A DNA stretch of 64,000 nucleotides from Lingula anatina (Eukaryota; Animalia; Brachiopoda): assembly GCA_051362555.1 (NCBI GenBank), contig CM120642.1:32984001-33048000 (forward strand), in the 5' to 3' direction. A model generated the notes under the pieces. It saw nothing but the letters and a program-made list of their open reading frames with translations, was not told the DNA's origin and did no database searches. How positions within the stretch are numbered: position 1 is the stretch's first letter; each line of letters begins with the position of its first letter. Both the position numbers and the translations under genes were made by a program. This document shows positions 26,267 through 36,546 of the stretch, piece after piece.

Positions 26267-26386
26267 TACATATTGAAAGCTTCAGTGTAAACATTATACG
26301 CCACCTTGCGGCTGACCTTAAAGACTCGTGGAGAATGTCAGAAAGCAAAGGTCTGAGATAACTTGAAGTTAACAATGCATGAGTAA

Positions 26387-28643
26387 ATGTTGTCTGTGGG
26401 ACAGAGAAAGTTAGGGGCCATAGTTGGAGCGGCAGTTGCTGATGCAGCAAGTAAGATTTTTATTTATGTAAATTTCCAAAAGTAGTTATACTATCCTACC
26501 CCCAGTATATTATAAAATAAGTTATACAAGGTTGGCTGAATGAAATTGATATCAGAGAAAATTTTGCAAGTCATTGACCTTTGACCTATAATTAATATTA
26601 TGGAAAACTTATTAAAACACTTCTGAAAATTAAAAAAAAACTGATTTTAAAACACAAGAAGTTTTGGAAATGTGTGTGGAATTGGTAATGATTTTGAGGT
26701 TCATGATCAAATTAATATTATCATCACTTTATATACCTTTCATAAGACTGGTATGCATTAAGTATACAATTATAATTAATGATACATTATTAATCTCAAA
26801 ATTCCTCTTCCACACAAGGTCAGCCTCTCCACTGGAACTATGACCCCGTGAAATTGGCTGGCATCATAGGAGACAGAGAGGAGGTCGAGTTTTGGGAACC
26901 GTCCGCCAACCCTTACTACTGCATTGAAACTGGACGGCAGAGTTGCTATGGAGACCTGGCTTATGTGTTATTGGAGTCTTTCTCTCACTGTAAAGGTCAG
27001 ATATATGATGATTGATAAAAGCCTCTTCACCTTATAGATGCACAGTAAAGTCTAAAGGTCCAGTTGTTTTGTAAATTAATTTTGGGACTAGATTTTTAAA
27101 AAAATTACATTTAATGGAAGTGAACATTAATTTTTGAATTAAAATTTTTATCATAATTTTGTTTTGTTTTTTTTTAAATATTTTTCATTCTAACTTATTA
27201 TTTATTTATTTATTTATTTATTAGCACAGTATAAATTCTTGAAATTTAAAGACACGGTTTGATTGCATTCATACAGTTACATGATGTGGCATATTGAATG
27301 TTTGTATGCAGTAAAAATTCTTTCTTCATAGTTTCAATATAAATTAAATCTAGCCTTCGTTTTGTCTATTTTAGGCTTTAATTTGGAAGATCAGAAGGAG
27401 CGCACTTATAAGTTCTTTGGCCCAGGCTCAGAATATGATGATGAGTTGAACAAAGATTATAAGTGGAAATCAGGTAATATATCACTGCAAGAGAAATAAT
27501 GAGGATGTCAGTGGTCTAAGATATAACAGATGCTTGGATTTTGCTTTTTGTTTGGGTAGAAAAATTGTTAGCAAAATAATCAGTCTTAATCAATATACAC
27601 TTTCAGCAAATGAATAAAATTTCATACAATTATGATTATATGATGTTTTTCCCAATCATCAGATATTATACAGATATAACTGTAAGTGATGGAAATAATT
27701 TATTACATGTATTATCTTTTTTTAATTATTTATTTTGAATCTTAACCCCTGATAATTTCCTTGTTTAGGTGTTGGGAAGAACTTCCCTATTAAAGGACCA
27801 TGGAAACAGTTCAGTATGAAACACTTCTTGAAAAGAGTCGAAGAGGGCCAGGCCAAAACAGGTAGGTATATACATATATACCCCTGTATATATACCCGTA
27901 CAGTAGGTTTCAAAGTCTTTCAAACACTCTTTCTTGCCCATGATTTGCTCAGTTGTGTCAGATTGGGTTGGGGCGCATCGATCACTGGTGGCACTCGGGT
28001 TGATAATATGCAGATCCTGGCTAATTCAACATGGATTTGGTTTAAGTTCTGCCACCAGATGACTGGCCATATTTTATTACCTGTGATGCATGGTTCTTTG
28101 ACTGATAGACCTGCCTTTTATTTTGCTCCAAGATTTATTTCTTTGATCATGACATGTCATTTTATGAAGCAATGATGTCTTGTTTACCCTATGATTTTAT
28201 TATAGTTAACTTAGTATGATCAATGCATTCTTGGTATGACATTTTTAACAGTAGGTCCTAAAAAACTGATCATCACAAACATTGTTTTCACATTAGAATT
28301 AACGCCAAAAATTTCATTTACAATTAATTTATTTTCTGTCAAAGCTTATTATATTCTAACATACAAGTTAACACCTTTTCTTTCATACTTAGATTACTTT
28401 AAATTTATCTTCCACTTTTTAAACCCCAGGTTCCCCTACAGATGAGCAGATGGACAGTGTTGCCAAGATCGCCCCAGTAGTGGCTATGTTTGCCGGAGAG
28501 CCAGACATGTTAGAGAAAGTAGAAGATGCCATCAGACTGACCCAGGAATCTGACACCACTGTGGTGCTAGGCATGGCTGCTGCCAGGTAAGAGGTCCTTG
28601 TCTTACACATAAGTGGGTACAGCCCCTTCCTACCCCCCCCTCC

Positions 28644-28722
<79 letters not shown>

Positions 28723-28858
28723 AGGACTGTGACTAGTTCCACTAAGTGTTCATTTAGAACAATGTCAATTTTGGATCAATACAAAGTGTCATAAAGTATG
28801 TAAAAATATAATATGTTTTAATTTTATGAGTATCATCTGATTATTATTTAGTTGTTTG

Positions 28859-28927
<69 letters not shown>

Positions 28928-30129
28928 TTAATCCCCAGTGAAATACCAAATAATTATTTATAACACATATTTCATCCTGTCATTACAGAATTATAGAGTA
29001 TTTCATCCTGAATGGCCCAGCCCCAGGGGAGGAGGCTGTCAGGGCTGCCATGGGACAGTTAGAAGATACTCACAGAAACAACCCCCAGGACCTGGATAGA
29101 GCAGTGGTCACTTTTCTTAGGGAGGTGCTGGAGAAAAAGAACACACCACACCAAGAGGTGGCTAGGAACATTTTCAGGTTTGACTGAGGTAAAAACTAAG
29201 AGTCAAATTTGAAATGATTTTAAGAATATTTTCTTATGAGCAGAATACTAGGGAAAAAATAAAGCTGCATTTTCCATACTCCTGGAATAAATTGTCAAAT
29301 ACATCGCTTATCTGGTAGTACTATTTATTTATTTAATTCTGAAAGTATTTATTTTGTAATTGCAAGTTGACCTTTGAACAATTTTGTTCATTCAACAACA
29401 AGCAAAAAATTTAATTGAAATCTAAACGTTTTTCTAATAGACAAAATTCCACATGGTCAGTAAAGGAATGATCATAACAAAGATGTTAATGTTCACTTTT
29501 CCCAGTCTTGCCGGGTGCCTTCCAAACAGCTGTGCACGCCCTTATCACCAGTGACGGCTACGTCTCCGCCATCAGGAAGACACTGCGTACTGGGGGCTGC
29601 TGCTGCTCCCGAAACTCTTTTCTAGGAGCTTGCTTTGGTGCACAGGTAAAAAAATAAAGTATGACATTAAAGTATAAGAAATTCTTATTTCAACTCTAGT
29701 TTTGTTGCACTGTGGAATTTCTTTTTTTCCCACTGGCAAGGTTTGACACACATGAGCAGATAAATTGTTTTTAATATAAATAAACCATGTACATGCCACT
29801 GCCTGCCTGTTTAAAATGCATTTTCTACTTGTGGAATACAAGAATTAAAATTACCCCAGACAAGTGCAAGAATACAAATATGATCTTATAAAAGAGGATT
29901 CAGTGGAGCAGATGTACACAAGCATTAGCAAGTGCCTAAAAAATGTACACAAGAATCATTAGCAACATTTTTAAAATCAATTTGATAACATCGCAAGTCC
30001 CTGTAAGAATGACTCATAAACTTCTCTCTTGTTTTTCAGATTGGAGTAGAAGGCATCCCAGATACATGGAAAAAGAGAACTTTCAGGTTTCCCAAACTCA
30101 TGGAGTTGGCTGCAGAGATAATTAACTAG
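26387..30129 (+). CDS. SELENOJ: Selenoprotein J / J1-crystallin-like (ADP-ribosylglycohydrolase family), 8 exons, 339 aa, with Sec (TGA 29185-29187) at codon 263
   Basis: Exons 26387-26450, 26819-26995, 27375-27473, 27769-27861, 28430-28586, 28989-29188, 29506-29645 and 30040-30129 (1020 nt, all GT-AG). Motifs GAIVGAAVADAASQPLHW, SANPYY, GRQSCYGD, FFGPGSEYD, FDUVLPGAFQ, GGCCCSRNSFLGACFGAQIG resemble fish SelJ as I recall it; SECIS present downstream. Confidence 0.92.
28634..28721. repeat. Long poly-C tract
   Basis: About 80 nearly uninterrupted C in SelJ intron 5; the length may be an assembly artefact. Confidence 0.9.
28860..28927. repeat. (ATT)n microsatellite
   Basis: Direct observation. 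Confidence 0.95.
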
Positions 30130-30210
30130 ATCATGTCCTTCATAGGGTCAGATGAGGGGTCAACTGGGGGGTCACTCCTGTGTCCAAACTTTGTCCACAC
30201 TTGGTCATGA

Positions 30211-30273
30211 AATAATGCTTGTATGACAGTATTGCCTTAAACAAAGCGGGCAATATTTGATATGTTGCATATT
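30211..30273 (+). promoter_or_regulatory. SECIS element (type I) in the SelJ 3' UTR
   Basis: AUGAC core at 30223; 10-bp helix AGUAUUGCCU/GGGCAAUAUU; apical loop containing AAA; 3' UGAU; lower helix AUGC/GCAU. Starts about 80 nt after the stop codon. Confidence 0.9.
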
Positions 30274-30823
30274 TTGTGCCCAGAGTTGGCAAAAAATCAT
30301 TATTATTATTATTATTATTACTTGTATCAGGAGCAAATGAACAAGTGTAAAGAGAAATGATCTTAAATCCAATAATTTCTTAGGTAAAAATATTTATAAT
30401 TTTAAGTATATATTTTATTGTTTATTAATTTCTCACAAGTGATCACAGACTATCATTTTATAATGCTTTTATGTTTTGTCTAAATGAAATATTATTCCCA
30501 AATCCTTACTCTTTTATATTTTCTGTGATAAGAATATTCAAATTATCAGTATTCAAATTTATTGTATACAGCCATGTAAGTGAAAGACATTAGCATATAT
30601 CTTTTTCTTAATTTCTTTTTGTGTACGATTAGTCTGAAGTTAATTAGTATTTCATTCCTTCGAGATAATGGAATTTGTTTGCAGAACACATTGTAAGAAT
30701 TGCTAATTAGATTTCACAGTTTCTTAATTAAAATTGTCATAAAACACCAAAATAAATGACTTGAAATGGCAGATTTGTTCGTACTTTTTAAAAAGACCTC
30801 TCTACCAGTAAAAACTAGTGAAT

Positions 30824-30826
<3 letters not shown>

Positions 30827-30881
<55 letters not shown>
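30827..30881. repeat. (AT)n microsatellite
   Basis: Direct observation. Confidence 0.95.
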
Positions 30882-30885
<4 letters not shown>

Positions 30886-31412
30886 ATGCACAAAGCAACT
30901 GTACAAGTTACTCGAGCATTTGCCAGGTCTTCTGCTGTTCTTATAACACAAAAACATTTGTGGTTGTCCAGACCTGATGCCCAATGCACAGTTCAGTAAC
31001 TCGGAACTACAAACATAATAATTGATTATCACAGTTTTTATTCAGTTTAACTGACAGATCGATATTTTCTTTAAATGACATGACTAGTAAATTGAAAAGT
31101 GCAATGACATAAAAATTTGCATTCATTAAAACAAACTAAGGCACTGCTGCTTCACAGAAAATGTTAATGAGTCTAGTGTGGTATTATTTTAAAAACCTGA
31201 AATTAATAATAATAAAAGCTGGTCGCAATAACTGAAGCTAGCACAAAATTTAAATGAAGTTAATCCCTCTTTACCACATACTTAAAAAAAACTTTTTAAG
31301 CAACAGAACATGTTTGGCCAAATGCTTTGAGAAATGGTACTTCCAAGTAAAAAAAAAAAAATTATATTCAAAAATAAGCCTTAGGCTAGGCTCCTGCCAC
31401 AGTCTTTAGTTG

Positions 31413-32543
31413 TCAAGATATTGGCAATCCATCTAGAGGGCAGCACTGGGAAGAGTTACTCAGCCACATGTCAATACAAGCTTCATGAAATACATGACTG
31501 CATGGAAGAAACTTTCTTCTCTGGCCTAAAGTATAGTGCTCCAGGCACACTGCACAAACCAGGCCCAGATGAGCCTCTGTTGCAGTGTCTGTTTTTAATC
31601 TATTCAGTTTAGAAGTGGAGATTGTTTTTGGTGCAACTCGTTCATCGAGTTGAAGTAGCAATTCGTAATCCTCAGGTGTCAGCTCCCTCTCTTGCAAACT
31701 CAGAAGAATGTCTGCTATTCCTAGAGATCTAATGTCTGAAGGGACGTTTGACTTGTTGAGGGCAAACCTGTGGTTCTCCACTTTGGACTCTTTGGGTGCT
31801 TTTTCCCATACATCCTCACTGTTTGCTTTCCTATTCTTTGTGTCTTGTCCATTTTGAGCTGATGCCTCATCAGCAAAAGTGACTCTTTTTGTGGGCAAGT
31901 AATTTTCCTTTCTGGGTAGAGTTTTCATTGCTTTGTATACTCTGTGGTGCACAAATAGTTTCTTGCCATTGTTATTTTGAAGGGAAGTGCAGTATTTGTC
32001 TTTTACTTGTTTATGGGCCTTGCGGACCTTATTCTTCTTGGTTGCCCTGAGGGTTTTATCACCACCCTTACCTTCAAATTTGTCACACAAATCAATGAAT
32101 GTCTGCTTTACACAAGGAAAGTCAGCAAACCCAAAATACTCATCTACGTCAAAAACGTTGAAGTCGTCAGACCTTTCCGTTAATTGTTCATCTTCCTGAG
32201 ATGATATTGGAGGCAAGTAAAAGCTCGTCAGTTCTGGTACGCGTTTCCATTTTCTTTTCTTGTCTTTTCCTGAGTCACTATCCTTTAATTTTTTGCCATT
32301 TTGTTTTTCCGAGATTACTGAGCCAGTCTTGACGTCAGTCTTCGGATTCTCTCTCACCAAATCACTCCTGTGAATATTTTTTCTGAAATGCACAGTTTTT
32401 AAACAAGTTACTTCTTTGGTGGACACTCTTATTGCTGGTTTAGACCGCAGCATAACTGTTTGACAAGTTTTTTTGGTTTGAATAGCGTGAGTAACTGTAG
32501 AGTTTGAGCTTTGCTCTCCAATCTCCTCTTGGGATTCACCCAT
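31413..32543 (-). CDS. Intronless RING-H2 E3 ubiquitin ligase-like protein (376 aa), C-terminus ZSWIM2-like
   Basis: First ATG at 32543 after an in-frame TGA at 32601-32603. Lys-rich, probably disordered N-terminus; LQERELTPEDYELLLQLDE motif; RING CAVC..CSHVFHEAC..CPLDG with Asp at the last ligand position. Confidence 0.8.
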   Translation of the reverse strand: MGESQEEIGEQSSNSTVTHAIQTKKTCQTVMLRSKPAIRVSTKEVTCLKTVHFRKNIHRSDLVRENPKTDVKTGSVISEKQNGKKLKDSDSGKDKKRKWKRVPELTSFYLPPISSQEDEQLTERSDDFNVFDVDEYFGFADFPCVKQTFIDLCDKFEGKGGDKTLRATKKNKVRKAHKQVKDKYCTSLQNNNGKKLFVHHRVYKAMKTLPRKENYLPTKRVTFADEASAQNGQDTKNRKANSEDVWEKAPKESKVENHRFALNKSNVPSDIRSLGIADILLSLQERELTPEDYELLLQLDERVAPKTISTSKLNRLKTDTATEAHLGLVCAVCLEHYTLGQRRKFLPCSHVFHEACIDMWLSNSSQCCPLDGLPIS

Positions 32544-32761
32544 TACTTCGTTTTTACTCTCGGTGTTTTCGAGAAACAGACAAAATGACAAAGCCAGTTT
32601 TCAAATCTGTTTTGATCCCGTGCGTCTTGTCAATATTGCTGCAGCAGCAAATTACCGAACTGATACTGATATCATCGACGTTTATATACTGTTGTTATCG
32701 ACTTTTGGCATTGCACCACCAACATGGAATCTCTGTTCGAGCTATATTTGGATCAAAACAA

Positions 32762-32790
32762 TGACGTCACGTTGGTGTTTTTCTATTGGT
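32762..32790. promoter_or_regulatory. Full CRE palindrome (TGACGTCA) and CCAAT box upstream of the RING gene, divergent from USP20/33
   Basis: tgacgtca at 32762-32769 and attgg at about 32785-32789; motif matches only. Confidence 0.4.
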
Positions 32791-33121
32791 TAGTGGCGCG
32801 AACAACAGTGCCACCTTACGGCAAATAGTGAAGAGGGAATTCCTAGTGGGAATTCACGTTCGCCGGCATAGTGGAGTTCAAAACAAATTGATAACAAATC
32901 ACCTTTATTTACACCGGTGATTTGTCTCTGTACTTTTTAGGCAAAGGGTGGGAGAGCTGAAATATCAGAGGTGTGCGAAAAGGCGAGCAAGTGAAGGATG
33001 AACATTTAATATCGGGGTTATAAACCATTTTCTGCATAAAATTAATACGTATATTTCAGATCGCGCGGTACTGTTACGATCTCTGTTGGTTTACTCTGAC
33101 AGGCGCTAACATGTGATCACG

Positions 33122-33156
<35 letters not shown>

Positions 33157-36100
33157 CCTTTCATAGGTTTACAGGTTATAGAGATCAACTCGTGAGAAAA
33201 TATTTTATCTCTTCCTAAATCACGCCCATTGATAAGAATCTGCAAACTGGCCAACACATACTGTACTTGACGACGTTGTGTTCACTAAGGGGCGGGGGGG
33301 GGGGGGGGAGGTTTAAAATGACAGTTCCTTTACGCAAAATTGTTAATTTTCATTTTCTTACCCTTGGGCCTAAAATGCTCCTTTTAAATTATGTTCTCAA
33401 TACTAAGCCATACACACGTGACCGTCGGGAGGTTTGGTACAAGAAAATGTCAAATTGTTTCAACGTACATTGCCATCTCCATTAATTTGAAGTACAAATT
33501 CTATTACAATTTTCAACATAACTAATTTCAAGATTTATTACCATTATTACATTTTTGTTGACATCCATGCATGCACAATCTGTTTGATGTTTTTTTTTTT
33601 TTTTTTTCTTTCTTTTTTAAATTTCCCCCACTTAATTTTGCAAATAAGTAGAGTTACCATGTCCGTTTTTTTTTTTTTTTTAATTCAGCAAAATATCTCA
33701 ATCAATACTTCTAAATTCATAGTAAATTCAATTTATTTTGCAACCCCAAATATACAAATTAACTACATATATAACAGCAATAATTTAATTTGCAAAAATT
33801 CAATCAGTTTAAAAAAAGAAGTGGACAGTTTACTTGAAGTTTCAACATTTATGTCAGAAAATTTCACTCTACACTAAGAAATTCAGTTCTGCAAAAGCAG
33901 ATCCCGTAATGTACTGTACAATTTTTTTTTTTTTTTTTTTTTTTTCATTCAGACAGCAGAGCTGTCTCATTGGTGACAGTGCTATTTCGTAAGATGAAAC
34001 AACTTGCAGTTTTAGTGATTATTCCATCTCAGCCTTCGATGGCAAGTCTTGTGCTACACTGGCAACACAAGCGTGCGCCTCCAGAATGTTTTCTTCTATA
34101 GCTTCCTGCGGACAGAAACACGACCGTGCGACCAGAGGCAGTGGGAAAATGTGCTCCAGTTTGCAAGAAAAACGCACGAAGCTCTGTGCCTACTCAGTCA
34201 GCGTCTGTCAGAGCGCCCACTCTTTTCTTTGCCTATTTGTTCATATGTTACTCAAGTCTTGCGATATTGTTTGAGCACCCAAAAATTATTAAAGAAAATG
34301 CATTTTCATCAAAAGAGACTGAACCTCTATTTCTCCGGGATTACAATTATATCTGTCCCACAAGTCATTGCGTTTCCGCTTGAAAAAATGAGCGACAAAG
34401 TAAAGTGACTGAAGTGTAAAACAGCAATTGATTGGTAGGTGATTACGTAGTCAAAGAGATTAATTTATATGTGGTAATCATGACGCTTTTTTTCTGGCTC
34501 CTTGGTATTTTAAGCAGTTGTGTAGACAATTTACTTGCAGTAGAAACGGCGCCCCCGTCAGCGATTTTTCGCTTTACTTCACAGCAGACTTTGATTGTTC
34601 AAAGAAATCAATGCGGCGAAATGTTTTCATATTCAATATTTGTCAGTGTATTGAATCTTTTGAGTGTGGTAAAAATGAATTTTTTGTTTATTTTATTTTG
34701 GCAAGATATTTGATGGAACTGAGTTCTGCAAAATTTTTGTGATACAGCAAGTGTAACCTTACTGAAAATTGGAAATTTACTGATGTAATTTAGGTTCCTC
34801 CTAGCACGAAAATCCATGCGTTAGCACTCCTATTGACGATTCTGATATGTAATGGCTGTGCTAAAGTAAAGGTCTTTGAAAGTTTGTAATGTGGACCAGT
34901 TGCCGGACCAGCCATGCTGCAGGAGCTCTCAAATGTTACCTCTCATCTCCTCAACTCAAATGCAGATAAAAACCTTTCTTGCTTTTAGTCAGTCAAAAAA
35001 GACACATTATGACATGACCTACAGGCTAGTAGCTAGGGAGGTTTAGGGATATTTTGTCATGAAAAAGTCTGTTCTTGGCAAAATTTCTTCTAGAAATTGT
35101 CCACTTTTTTCAAAAAAAAAAAGATCCCCCCTTTCAAATTGCTGGCATATTAATCATATTTAAAATTCTACTAAAAGTGCATTCTAAAGCCATGGTGTAC
35201 ATTTGTTTGTAAATAGCAATGGTAATCCTTGCATGTCATAGATATTCATAGATAAAAATGTTTTGATAATGAGGAACTATTGTCAAGTTCAGTGAGGGCT
35301 TTTCATCAAAAAGGAGCATTTTCAGGAATTAACACCATGCTAAAGTCATTCATTCTACGCTATGCAGCTGTCTTTTTACTCAATTGGTTAAAGTGTGGGA
35401 CTAGCAGCTTCCTAGTTAGAGGTTAAGTCTCTATCCTGATAATTTACATAATCATTTTAAAATATGACCAGATATTAGCAGAATTCTAATATGTCAGTGT
35501 TTGAATGAACCAAAAATTACGCATATAAGCATAAGACTTCACAAGTATACTTTCAGTTATGGCCAGGCTGATTTAAAAGGCAGACATCAGTACAATTGGT
35601 CTTATATAAAGATGGGAAGGATAACTAGTAGACAAAACAACAGGCTTCTAATCAGATAAGGATCTCACTCTAGGGTTATATAACTGCATTATCATCCTAT
35701 TTAACAATCATATGTAGCTTGTACTCTGCACCTATTGTGGCCTAATTTAATTTTATCTGGATTGTTTACTGTTTCTATAAACAATATAATGCAATAAATG
35801 TTATTTAAAGTTGATTACAATTTAAATTTTAACATCAGCTTTGCAGCTATTCATGGATGTACCTTTTCGCTTGGCAGTATGGAAAGGTATATCCATGATA
35901 CTTATTATAACAGTGCCTTGTTACTACATGTTATACAGTTTTAAATACAAATTATTGTTTCTACCTTGAATTGTAAACGGAGTACATGAAAGTAAGTTCT
36001 TTGAGGCAAAAGATACGCCATGAAAGAAGCCAGGTGGGTCAGTGCTCTGTCCTCTATATGTTCTGTTACGTTATTACCTTGACGTATATAAACACTTTAA

Positions 36101-36546
36101 ATTATCTGGGGTAGTGCTAACACTTGCCATTTTAGCCAAATGCTTAATCTAACTTAAATTGGCTAAACAAAATAGGGTTAATTTGACTTGTAAACCATTT
36201 TGCAAAAAAAGTTGCCAAATGTTATTTATAGCTACAATAAAACATGAGAGCAAATAAAGCCTCCTGTTGCCAAATTACATTTTAAGAGTGTGCTACAGAC
36301 AGACACAGTTAAGTATATCCCTTGATGTGACAAAGGCCTTACTGCTCAATGAATTTTGATTTTATCAAGTGAATTGTCAGTCTTAAAATATTATATACTT
36401 TCATGATATGCATATTACAGACTTTCTTTCAGAATCAATCTCCCTTCATTTCTAGTGATAAATCAATGTTTTAGTATATTTAATCATGTTTCTCATTCCT
36501 TGCAGATATATCTAATAGTTTGTTGTAACCTTCCAAGGTCATCAGC

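Noticed and set aside
28419-28742. Poly-Gly ORF on the minus strand
   Set aside because: Artefact of the poly-C tract plus the antisense of SelJ exon 5.
29185-29187. TGA as a true stop or pseudogene lesion
   Set aside because: Family-typical coding sequence continues in two downstream exons, the position matches the SelJ Sec motif as I recall it, and a SECIS is present.
32544-32591. TTG start for a 392-aa RING ORF
   Set aside because: Eukaryotic gene; the first ATG is at 32543.
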